DNA of 64,000 bases, taken from the NCBI GenBank assembly GCA_964016885.1, contig OZ024740.1:58962001-59026000 (forward strand), written 5' to 3'. The notes beneath the pieces were generated by a model, which worked only from the letters and a program-made list of their open reading frames with translations, did no database searches and was not told the origin of the DNA. How positions within the stretch are numbered: position 1 is the stretch's first letter; each line of letters starts with the position of its first letter. Positions 24,646-35,800 of this stretch are shown one piece after another. The DNA is from Eledone cirrhosa (lineage: Eukaryota). A program made the position numbers and the translations under genes.

Positions 24646-26712
24646 ATCATCATCATCATCGTTTAACGTCCATCTTCCACGCTAGCATGGGTTTGGATAG
24701 TAATTTTCCCACTTGAGGCAAGAGTGGTAGTCTTGCTTGCATAGGACTGTCTGGTGGGTTTTCTACGGCTGGATGCCCTTCCTAACACCAACCACATTTA
24801 CAGTGTGGGTCTGGGAGGTTTTTACCGTGTTGCCTACACGGCCACATTACAGCGTGGACTGTGTGTTTTTTTGTCGTGACACCTACACAACCTCATTTGT
24901 TTCGGACTGGATGTCGTGGTACCAACATAACTTTACATAGGAAGGGGTGGTGTGGATGGGGGTGAAGGTAGTAGTGGGACGGGGGTGTATTTTTGTTAGA
25001 GGTGCCTACTGACTGTAGGTTTCACTTTGTACTTAGGCAAGGCGGGTCTTCTGTATTACTGTGTAGCGCCAAAGATCTCAGTCCAGTGACATTGTCTTGG
25101 AGAGGTGTGTGTGAGGTCGGAATTTATCAAGTCGTCCCAGGTTTTTCCGGGTCTGCCTACTCCGTGGCTACCGTCTATTTTTAGCGCTCTGCACATTTTT
25201 ATACAGCTGTCGTCTTTCATGCGCATCACATGACCGTACCAACGTAGTCTTCTCTTGAGTAAACAGCATCTGATCCCTCTTATTCCTAATTTCTCCCTTA
25301 GTTCATTTATGCTTTGCCGTTCACGTATATTACTATTACACATCCAACGGAGCATGCAAGATTCGTTCCTCTCCAGTCTGCATATATCCTCTGCACACAA
25401 TGCCCAAGTCTCACTGCCATGTAACATTGCTGTTCGTATGCAGGCATCATACAGCCTGCCTTTCATTTTTAGAGAGAACCCTTTAGCGGCCAATAGTGAT
25501 ATAAGCTCTCTGAACTTCTTCCATCCCGTTCTGAATCTAGCTATTGTACTTTCAGTGCACCCTCCACCACTGCTGATTTTGTCATCCAGGTAACGGAAGG
25601 TGTCCACTATTTCTATAGAACGATCTGTGCAATGGAATGAGCTAGTATTTTGTGGGCACTTGCTGCTACTTATTGCACCAGAGCACTGGCCACATATAAA
25701 ATCTATATTCTTAGTTAGCTTACCTGTGATCCCACTAGATCTTTTATGCACCCATACTTTGCATTTGGGACATAAAATGGAGTTTCTGCCTACTCCTTTC
25801 CTACACACTGAGCGTGGCCATTTCCCAGATGGGATCAGTGCCCTATTTTCCTTCCTACAAACTAGAACTTTAGTCTTAGACAGGTTAATTTTAAGGCCTT
25901 TTGATTCTTAGGCCATGCTTCCATGTTTGGAATTTCTTCTCTAGTTCGGCCATTGATTCAGCTATGAGTATTAGATCATCTGCGTATAGCAGTTCACATG
26001 GGCAGCCAGTTTTGAACTCCTTTGTTATAGCCTGAAGGGCAATAATAAATAGTAGGGGACTAAGGACGGAGCCCTGATGAACACCAACTTTTACGCTAAA
26101 CTCTTCACTATATTCTTTGTTAATTCTAACCTTGCTGACTGTTTCTTTATACATGGCTTGTATAGCTCTCACAAGCCATTCATCAGCACCTACTTTTCTA
26201 AGAGCCCACCAGATAATGGAACGGGGGACTCTGCCAAAGGCTTTCTCCAAGTCAACAAAAGCTAAGTATAGGGCTTTACTTTTAGCTAGGTACTTCTCCT
26301 GTAATTGTCGTACAATGAAAAGAGCGTCTGTGGTACTTTTACCTGACACAAACCCAAACTGCATTTCATCTAGATCAATTCGCTCTCTGATTAGTTGCGC
26401 TATTACTTTTTCTGTGACCTTCATGACCTGGTCGATTAATTTAATGCCTCTATAGTTACACCTATCTAGGGCATCTCCTTTACCCTTGTAGCAGTTAATG
26501 ATGATGCTGCTATGCCAGTCCTTCGGAACAACCCCATTCTGTATGACTTGGTTTACTATCTGGGTGACCATAGTGTGTCCCACCGTTCCAGATGCTTTCA
26601 GCATTTCAGCAACTATTTCCGAAGGCCCAGCCGCCTTACCCGTCTTCATATCTTTGATTGTCTTACTTATTATACTACCTTCAACTAGCACTGCTGGTCC
26701 GTCTATTGGATC

Positions 26713-26714
<2 letters not shown>
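24646..26714 (-). mobile_element. RTE/BovB-like LINE, subfamily A, 5'-truncated
   Basis: Minus ORFs 25891-26763 (YADD intact) and 25056-25808 are homologous to copy 1; (CAT)n tail at 24646-24660; frameshifts near 25908 and 25105. Confidence 0.95.

Positions 26715-26760
<46 letters not shown>
26715..26760. repeat. (TA)n microsatellite
   Basis: Pure TA run. Confidence 0.95.
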
Positions 26761-26762
<2 letters not shown>

Positions 26763-26918
26763 ATCATCATCATCAACGTTTAATGTCTATCTTCCATGCT
26801 AGCATGGATTTAGATGCGAATTGTCCTACTTGAGGCAAGATTGGTTGGGTGACCTTGTCTCGCTCGTATAGGGCTGTCTGGCAGGTTTTCTATGGCTGGA
26901 TGCCCTTTCTAACACCAA
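26761..26918 (-). mobile_element. RTE 3' UTR terminal fragment
   Basis: (CAT)n-AACGTTTAATGTC...CTTCCATGCTAGCATGG...GGCTGGATGCCCTTTCTAACACCAA, homologous to the other RTE tails. Confidence 0.85.
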
Positions 26919-26937
26919 TATATATATTATATTATAA

Positions 26938-27520
26938 GTATCGGTAGAGAGTCGGACGCCCTGTTTTCCAGCATAGTTACGTCCCTTTACGGTCTGAGTT
27001 CAAATCCCGGTGAGGTTTACTTTGCCTTTCAGCCTTACAGGGTCGATAAAATAAAGTACCAGTAATGCACTGGGTAATTGCTGGCCTTGTGCCTAAAGTA
27101 GAAACAATTATATTATATTATATTATATTATAAAGGGCAGTGGATTGGCAGTATCGGTGGAGGGTCTGATGCCGTGCTTTGCAGCATAGAGTTACGGGCC
27201 TTTACGATCTGAGTTCAAATCCCGCCGAGGTTAACTTTGCCTTTCATCCTTATGGGGTCGATAAAATAAAGTACCAGTAATGCACTGGGATAGTTGCTGG
27301 CCTTGTGCCTAAAGTAGAAACAATTATATTATATTATTTTATTGTCAGTATCGGTAGGTGGTCGGACGCCATGCTTTGACGTATAGAGTTACGGCCCTTG
27401 CTATTGTGAGTTCAAATCCCGCCAAGGTTAACTTTGCCTTTCATCCTTTCATCGACAAAATAAAGTACCAGTAATGCACTGGGTAATTGCTGGCCTTGTG
27501 CCTAACGTAGAAACAATTAT
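26938..27520 (+). mobile_element. Three tandem copies (~200 bp) of a tRNA-derived Deu/Nin-domain-like SINE
   Basis: Repeated GTATCGGT...GAGTTCAAATCCCG..AGGTT.ACTTTGCCTTTCA.CCTT...GTCGATAAAATAAAGTACCAGTAATGCACTGGG...CCTAAAGTAGAAACAATTAT starting near 26938, 27135 and 27348. Confidence 0.85.
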
Positions 27521-27545
27521 TTATTTATGTTCACACAGCGAACAA

Positions 27546-27634
27546 AAGCACTACCTAAGGTCTCAAGGTGCAATATTGACCATATCTCCAGAATATAAGA
27601 GGGATCAACATTGAGACCAAATCATCAGATGCTT
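27546..27634 (-). ncRNA. Degenerate type I hammerhead ribozyme motif
   Basis: Minus strand: AAGCAT-CTGATGA-[long stem II]-GAGA (for GAAA)-CCTTAGG-TA-GTGCTT; stem I pairs with one G-U. Confidence 0.55.
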
Positions 27635-27680
27635 ATATGAATTTATAAGATACTATAAACCACCTTAATTTGATTTATAT

Positions 27681-27768
27681 ATGAGCCTGAAGATTAGGTC
27701 ACAATTTGATCCCTCTTACACTCTGGAGATATGGTCACTATTGAGCCTTGAAACCCTAGCTAGCACAT
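27681..27768 (+). ncRNA. Type I hammerhead ribozyme motif, partly degenerate
   Basis: ATGAGC-CTGAAGA-[stem II region]-GAAA (27750-27753)-CCCTAGC-TA-GCACAT; AATAAA follows downstream. Confidence 0.55.
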
Positions 27769-27863
27769 TTATTCTGTATATGAACATAAATAAATAATAC
27801 AATATCAGCTCTCATCCCAATTAAGCGCTGTTTTCCTTTTCCTTTTTTCACATACTATTTCTT

Positions 27864-27888
27864 CATACCACATACATATATATATATA

Positions 27889-27959
<71 letters not shown>

Positions 27960-28018
27960 AAATATGTATGTGTCAATGTGTATATATATATATATGTGTG
28001 TGTGTCTGTAAATGGCAT

Positions 28019-28071
<53 letters not shown>

Positions 28072-28077
28072 CATATA
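27864..28077. repeat. Compound (TA)n/(TG)n/(CA)n microsatellite
   Basis: Visible dinucleotide runs. Confidence 0.95.
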
Positions 28078-28530
28078 TTGGCTGAATATGTGTATATGTA
28101 ATATACTTATATATTTATATACATATATGTCTGCACGTGTGTATGTGCCACTGTTTTTGAAGATTGAACTGCCTTTGATCGCCAGTGCTCACAATTACTA
28201 GTTTCCTCATATACAAAAGTAGTTTTTAAGGTTCATATTGAATTCTTCCCATACATCATATCAAATATTAGCTGTCAAATGGATTTTTCCTCTCCCATTC
28301 ACTGTCCTTCTTTTAAGTTTAATCTTGCTTATATCATAGTGAACTCTCTATACTGTTGCCTCCAATATAAAATTGGTGGAATTAGAGAATATATATCCTA
28401 CAGATTGTTGTCTATTTACACCAATATATGTAATCATTTTCACTTGCTATAAACTTGTTAATGATTATTATGGATAAATATATCAAAAACAACCAAAGAT
28501 GTTTGAAATGTTAGAGATAAAGTGAATATA

Positions 28531-28700
28531 GGTATGGACATGGCTGTGTGGGCAAGAAAGAAGTTCTCTTTGCAGCCACATGGTTTCAGGCTCCATCCCA
28601 CTCTGCAGTGCCTTGGACAAGTGACTTCAAATATAACATTGAGTCAACTAATGTCTTGCAAGTGAAATTGAAATTCAAAAGAAGAAAAGAAATCTGTCAT
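28531..28700 (+). mobile_element. Decayed tRNA-derived CORE-like SINE
   Basis: TGGCTGTGTGG..AAGAAG, CCACATGGTTTCAGGCTCCATCCCACT, CCTTGGACAAGTG; degraded A/B boxes. A related remnant lies near 4280-4325. Confidence 0.55.
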
Positions 28701-28736
28701 ATATACATGGGTATATGTATTATATATATATATATA

Positions 28737-29072
28737 AAGGTTGTGAGTTCAATTCTCAGACCGGGTGATGTGTTGTGTCCTTGAGCAAGACACTTTATTT
28801 CACATTGCTCCAGTTTACTCAGCTGTAGAAATGAGATGATAGGACTAGGGTCCCTATCATTCTACTGCAAAGTGGTCGTGGGGGTGCCACGGCAAAAAGA
28901 GCACCCAGCCCACACTGTAAAGTGGACATGTAGGCACCATGGAATAAAAACACCCAGCACTCACTGTAAATGAGGTTGGTGCTAGGAAGAGCATCCAGCT
29001 GTAGAAATCAAGCCAGAATCAGTTCCCGTCCCACCCTTGCAGGCAGGGGAAAAGCAGATGTAAAATGATGAT
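28737..29072 (+). mobile_element. 5'-truncated second copy of the 5449-5803 SINE
   Basis: Near-identical from AAGGTTGTGAGTTCAATTCTCAGACC to GTAAAATGATGAT, with one additional ~49-bp internal repeat. Confidence 0.9.
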
Positions 29073-29559
29073 ATATGTATATATGATGATGATGATGATG
29101 TATATATATATATATATATAATATATATAATATATATAATGTATATAATATGTATATCATTCAAGTAAAGAAACTTTGGTTGATCAATTCATTGACCAAC
29201 TATACTGTAAACATGTAACCAATCACCAACGTGACTCCCTTAAGGTATTATCTATAAGGTATCAGGCAGAGTGTCAATATTATAAAGAAGAGAGATGGTT
29301 TTTACGTATACATCCTGTTTATTATATAATCCTGTTATGTGCATTTCAAGACATCAAAGTGATTTCATCAAACAGATGTTAAGTTGTAATATTTTTGTTT
29401 TTGATATGCCCACTGTAGTTTGGAACACGATGATAGCAGTCCGGCTACAAGTGAGCCATATGATGTACAAACCAGTGGCTGTAGGCAAGCAATGTCTGAG
29501 AGATACTACCCTATGTTAAAAATCTAGTCACTAGACTGAGATATCAAATTATTAAGTAG

Positions 29560-29838
29560 ATCAGTTGTTATGATTTACAAGAAGATGATGATGATGATGA
29601 TGACGAGAAGGATGACAATGAAGATGAGGATGATGAAGATGAAGATGATGATGATGATTATGATGATGACAAAGATGATGATGATCATGATGATCATGAT
29701 TATCATGATGATGAAGATAATGATGAAGACGATGACAATGACAATAAAGGCAGTGATGACGACAATGAAAGTGATGATGAGGATGACCAAACTCATAGCT
29801 GTTCAGATGGATACAAATTATTCACAACTGAAAAGTGA
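29560..29838 (+). other. Asp/Glu-rich open frame (possible terminal exon or decayed transposon C-terminus)
   Basis: Frame from 29560 reads ISCYDLQEDDDDDDDEKDDNEDEDDE...SDDEDDQTHSCSDGYKLFTTEK*; mixed GAT/GAC/GAA/GAG codons; no ATG in frame. Confidence 0.4.
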
Positions 29839-29855
29839 TTTTCATTTGGTAAGAT

Positions 29856-32800
29856 CTGATAAGAGAGATTACAGTGAATAGTTGTTGTGACAGACTTCAT
29901 GTAACTCACTGATTCCCCGATAAGAGAGATTACAGTGAATAGTTGTTGTGACAGACTTCATGTAACTCACTGATTCCCTGATAAGAGAGATTACAGTGAA
30001 TAGTTATTGTGACAGACTTCATGTAACTCACTGATTCCCTGATAAGAGAGATTACAGTGAATAGTTGTTGTGACAGACTTCATGTAACTCACTGATTCCC
30101 TGATAAGAGAGATTACAGTGAATAGTTGTTGTGACAGACTTCATGTAACTCACTGATTCCCTGATAAGAGAGATTACAGTGAATAGTTGTTGTGACAGAC
30201 TTCATGTAACTCACTGATTCCCTGATAAGAGAGATTACAGTGAATAGTTGTTGTGACAGACTTCATGTAACTCACTGATTCCCTGATAAGAGAGATTACA
30301 GTGAATAGTTGTTGTGACAGACTTCATGTAACTCACTGATTCCCTGATAAGAGAGATTACAGTGAATAGTTGTTGTGACAGACTTCATGTAACTCACTGA
30401 TTCCCTGATAAGAGAGATTACAGTGAATAGTTGTTGTGACAGACTTCATGTAACTCACTGATTCCCTCATAAGAGAGATTACAGTGAATAGTTGTTGTGA
30501 CAGACTTCATGTAACTCACTGATTCCCTCATAAGAGAGATTACAGTGAATAGTTGTTGTGACAGACTTCATGTAACTCACTGATTCCCTGATAAGAGAGA
30601 TTACAGTGAATAGTTGTTGTGACAGACTTCATGTAACTCACTGATTCCCTGATAAGAGAGATTACAGTGAATAGTTGTTGTGACAGACTTCATGTAACTC
30701 ACTGATTCCCTCATAAGAGAGATTACAGTGAATAGTTGTTGTGACAGACTTCATGTAACTCACTGATTCCCTGATAAGAGAGATTACAGTGAATAGTTGT
30801 TGTGACAGACTTCATGTAACTCACTGATTCCCTGATAAGAGAGATTACAGTGAATAGTTGTTGTGACAGACTTCATGTAACTCACTGATTCCCTCATAAG
30901 AGAGATTACAGTGAATAGTTGTTGTGACAGACTTCATGTAACTCACTGATTCCCTCATAAGAGAGATTACAGTGAATAGTTGTTGTGACAGACTTCATGT
31001 AACTCACTGATTCCCTCATAAGAGAGATTACAGTGAATAGTTGTTGTGACAGACTTCATGTAACTCACTGATTCCCTCATAAGAGAGATTACAGTGAATA
31101 GTTGTTGTGACAGACTTCATGTAACTCACTGATTCCCTCATAAGAGAGATTACAGTGAATAGTTGTTGTGACAGACTTCATGTAACTCACTGATTCCCTG
31201 ATAAGAGAGATTACAGTGAATAGTTGTTGTGACAGACTTCATGTAACTCACTGATTCCCTGATAAGAGAGATTACAGTGAATAGTTATTGTGACAGACTT
31301 CATGTAACTCACTGATTCCCTGATAAGAGAGATTACAGTGAATAGTTATTGTGACAGACTTCATGTAACTCACTGATTCCCTGATAAGAGAGATTACAGT
31401 GAATAGTTGTTGTGACAGACTTCATGTAACTCACTGATTCCCTGATAAGAGAGATTACAGTGAATAGTTATTGTGACAGACTTCATGTAACTCACTGATT
31501 CCCTGATAAGAGAGATTACAGTGAATAGTTGTTGTGACAGACTTCATGTAACTCACTGATTCCCTGATAAGAGAGATTACAGTGAATAGTTATTGTGACA
31601 GACTTCATGTAACTCACTGATTCCCTGATAAGAGAGATTACAGTGAATAGTTATTGTGACAGACTTCATGTAACTCACTGATTCCCTGATAAGAGAGATT
31701 ACAGTGAATAGTTATTGTGACAGACTTCATGTAACTCACTGATTCCCTGATAAGAGAGATTACAGTGAATAGTTATTGTGACAGACTTCATGTAACTCAC
31801 TGATTCCCTGATAAGAGAGATTACAGTGAATAGTTATTGTGACAGACTTCATGTAACTCACTGATTCCCTGATAAGAGAGATTACAGTGAATAGTTATTG
31901 TGACAGACTTCATGTAACTCACTGATTCCCTGATAAGAGAGATTACAGTGAATAGTTATTGTGACAGACTTCATGTAACTCACTGATTCCCTGATAAGAG
32001 AGATTACAGTGAATAGTTATTGTGACAGACTTCATGTAACTCACTGATTCCCTGATAAGAGAGATTACAGTGAATAGTTATTGTGACAGACTTCATGTAA
32101 CTCACTGATTCCCTGATAAGAGAGATTACAGTGAATAGTTATTGTGACAGACTTCATGTAACTCACTGATTCCCTGATAAGAGAGATTACAGTGAATAGT
32201 TATTGTGACAGACTTCATGTAACTCACTGATTCCCTGATAAGAGAGATTACAGTGAATAGTTATTGTGACAGACTTCATGTAACTCACTGATTCCCTGAT
32301 AAGAGAGATTACAGTGAATAGTTATTGTGACAGACTTCATGTAACTCACTGATTCCCTGATAAGAGAGATTACAGTGAATAGTTATTGTGACAGACTTCA
32401 TGTAACTCACTGATTCCCTGATAAGAGAGATTACAGTGAATAGTTATTGTGACAGACTTCATGTAACTCACTGATTCCCTGATAAGAGAGATTACAGTGA
32501 ATAGTTATTGTGACAGACTTCATGTAACTCACTGATTCCCTGATAAGAGAGATTACAGTGAATAGTTATTGTGACAGACTTCATGTAACTCACTGATTCC
32601 CTGATAAGAGAGATTACAGTGAATAGTTATTGTGACAGACTTCATGTAACTCACTGATTCCCTGATAAGAGAGATTACAGTGAATAGTTATTGTGACAGA
32701 CTTCATGTAACTCACTGATTCCCTGATAAGAGAGATTACAGTGAATAGTTATTGTGACAGACTTCATGTAACTCACTGATTCCCTGATAAGAGAGATTAC

Positions 32801-35800
32801 AGTGAATAGTTGTTGTGACAGACTTCATGTAACTCACTGATTCCCTGATAAGAGAGATTACAGTGAATAGTTATTGTGACAGACTTCATGTAACTCACTG
32901 ATTCCCTGATAAGAGAGATTACAGTGAATAGTTATTGTGACAGACTTCATGTAACTCACTGATTCCCTCATAAGAGAGATTACAGTGAATAGTTATTGTG
33001 ACAGACTTCATGTAACTCACTGATTCCCTCATAAGAGAGATTACAGTGAATAGTTATTGTGACAGACTTCATGTAACTCACTGATTCCCTGATAAGAGAG
33101 ATTACAGTGAATAGTTGTTGTGACAGACTTCATGTAACTCACTGATTCCCTGATAAGAGAGATTACAGTGAATAGTTATTGTGACAGACTTCATGTAACT
33201 CACTGATTCCCTGATAAGAGAGATTACAGTGAATAGTTATTGTGACAGACTTCATGTAACTTACTGATTCCCTGATAAGAGAGATTACAGTGAATAGTTG
33301 TTGTGACAGACTTCATGTAACTCACTGATTCCCTGATAAGAGAGATTACAGTGAATAGTTATTGTGACAGACTTCATGTAACTCACTGATTCCCTGATAA
33401 GAGAGATTACAGTGAATAGTTATTGTGACAGACTTCATGTAACTCACTGATTCCCTCATAAGAGAGATTACAGTGAATAGTTATTGTGACAGACTTCATG
33501 TAACTCACTGATTCCCTGATAAGAGAGATTACAGTGAATAGTTGTTGTGACAGACTTCATGTAACTCACTGATTCCCTGATAAGAGAGATTACAGTGAAT
33601 AGTTATTGTGACAGACTTCATGTAACTCACTGATTCCCTGATAAGAGAGATTACAGTGAATAGTTATTGTGACAGACTTCATGTAACTCACTGATTCCCT
33701 CATAAGAGAGATTACAGTGAATAGTTATTGTGACAGACTTCATGTAACTCACTGATTCCCTGATAAGAGAGATTACAGTGAATAGTTGTTGTGACAGACT
33801 TCATGTAACTCACTGATTCCCTGATAAGAGAGATTACAGTGAATAGTTATTGTGACAGACTTCATGTAACTCACTGATTCCCTGATAAGAGAGATTACAG
33901 TGAATAGTTATTGTGACAGACTTCATGTAACTTACTGATTCCCTGATAAGAGAGATTACAGTGAATAGTTGTTGTGACAGACTTCATGTAACTCACTGAT
34001 TCCCTGATAAGAGAGATTACAGTGAATAGTTATTGTGACAGACTTCATGTAACTCACTGATTCCCTGATAAGAGAGATTACAGTGAATAGTTATTGTGAC
34101 AGACTTCATGTAACTTACTGATTCCCTCATAAGAGAGATTACAGTGAATAGTTATTGTGACAGACTTCATGTAACTCACTGATTCCCTCATAAGAGAGAT
34201 TACAGTGAATAGTTGTTGTGACAGACTTCATGTAACTCACTGATTCCCTGATAAGAGAGATTACAGTGAATAGTTATTGTGACAGACTTCATGTAACTCA
34301 CTGATTCCCTGATAAGAGAGATTACAGTGAATAGTTATTGTGACAGACTTCATGTAACTCACTGATTCCCTGATAAGAGAGATTACAGTGAATAGTTATT
34401 GTGACAGACTTCATGTAACTCACTGATTCCCTGATAAGAGAGATTACAATGAATAGTTGTTGTGACAGACTTCATGTAACTCACTGATTCCCTGATAAGA
34501 GAGATTACAGTGAATAGTTATTGTGACAGACTTCATGTAACTCACTGATTCCCTGATAAGAGAGATTACAGTGAATAGTTATTGTGACAGACTTCATGTA
34601 ACTCACTGATTCCCTGATAAGAGAGATTACAGTGAATAGTTATTGTGACAGACTTCATGTAACTCACTGATTCCCTGATAAGAGAGATTACAGTGAATAG
34701 TTATTGTGACAGACTTCATGTAACTCACTGATTCCCTGATAAGAGAGATTACAGTGAATAGTTGTTGTGACAGACTTCATGTAACTTACTGATTCCCTGA
34801 TAAGAGAGATTACAGTGAATAGTTGTTGTGACAGACTTCATGTAACTCACTGATTCCCTCATAAGAGAGATTACAGTGAATAGTTGTTGTGACAGACTTC
34901 ATGTAACTCACTGATTCCCTCATAAGAGAGATTACAGTGTATAGTTGTTGTGACAGACTTCATGTAACTCACTGATTCCCTCATAAGAGAGATTACAGTG
35001 AATAGTTGTTGTGACAGACTTCATGTAACTCACTGATTCCCTGATAAGAGAGATTACAGTGAATAGTTGTTGTGACAGACATCATGTAACTCACTGATTC
35101 CCTCAAAAGAGAGATTACAGTGAATAGTTGTTGTGACAGACTTCATGTAACTCACTGATTCCCACATAAGAGAGATTACAGTGTATAGTTGTTGTGACAG
35201 ACTTCATGTAACTCACTGATTCCCTGATAAGAGAGATTACAGTGAATAGTTGTTGTGACAGACTTCATGTAACTCACTGATTCCCTGATAAGAGAGATTA
35301 CAGTGAATAGTTGTTGTGACAGACTTCATGTAACTCACTGATTCCCTGATAAGAGAGATTACAGTGAATAGTTATTGTGACAGACTTCATGTAACTCACT
35401 GATTCCCTCATAAGAGAGATTACAGTGAATAGTTGTTGTGACAGACTTCATGTAACTCACTGATTCCCTCATAAGAGAGATTACAGTGAATAGTTATTGT
35501 GACAGACTTCATGTAACTCACTGATTCCCTGATAAGAGAGATTACAGTGAATAGTTATTGTGACAGACTTCATGTAACTCACTGATTCCCTGATAAGAGA
35601 GATTACAGTGAATAGTTATTGTGACAGACTTCATGTAACTCACTGATTCCCTGATAAGAGAGATTACAATGAATAGTTGTTGTGACAGACTTCATGTAAC
35701 TCACTGATTCCCTGATAAGAGAGATTACAGTGAATAGTTATTGTGACAGACTTCATGTAACTCACTGATTCCCTGATAAGAGAGATTACAGTGAATAGTT

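Larger units (their letters stand above)
27516..27798. repeat. Diverged foldback (inverted repeat, arms ~120 bp), probably paired Penelope-like terminal repeats
   Basis: ATTATTTATTTATGTTCA...TGAACATAAATAAATAAT; internal GACCATATCTCCAGAATATAAGAGGGATCAA vs TTGATCCCTCTTACACTCTGGAGATATGGTC. Confidence 0.88.

Noticed and set aside
27855-28201. Short ORFs rich in YI/CV/HT, and antisense ORFs over the LINEs elsewhere
   Set aside because: Microsatellite translations or shadow frames of RT genes.
29570-29881. Poly-Met ORF (+) and poly-Ile ORF (-)
   Set aside because: Alternative frames of the GAT-rich tract.
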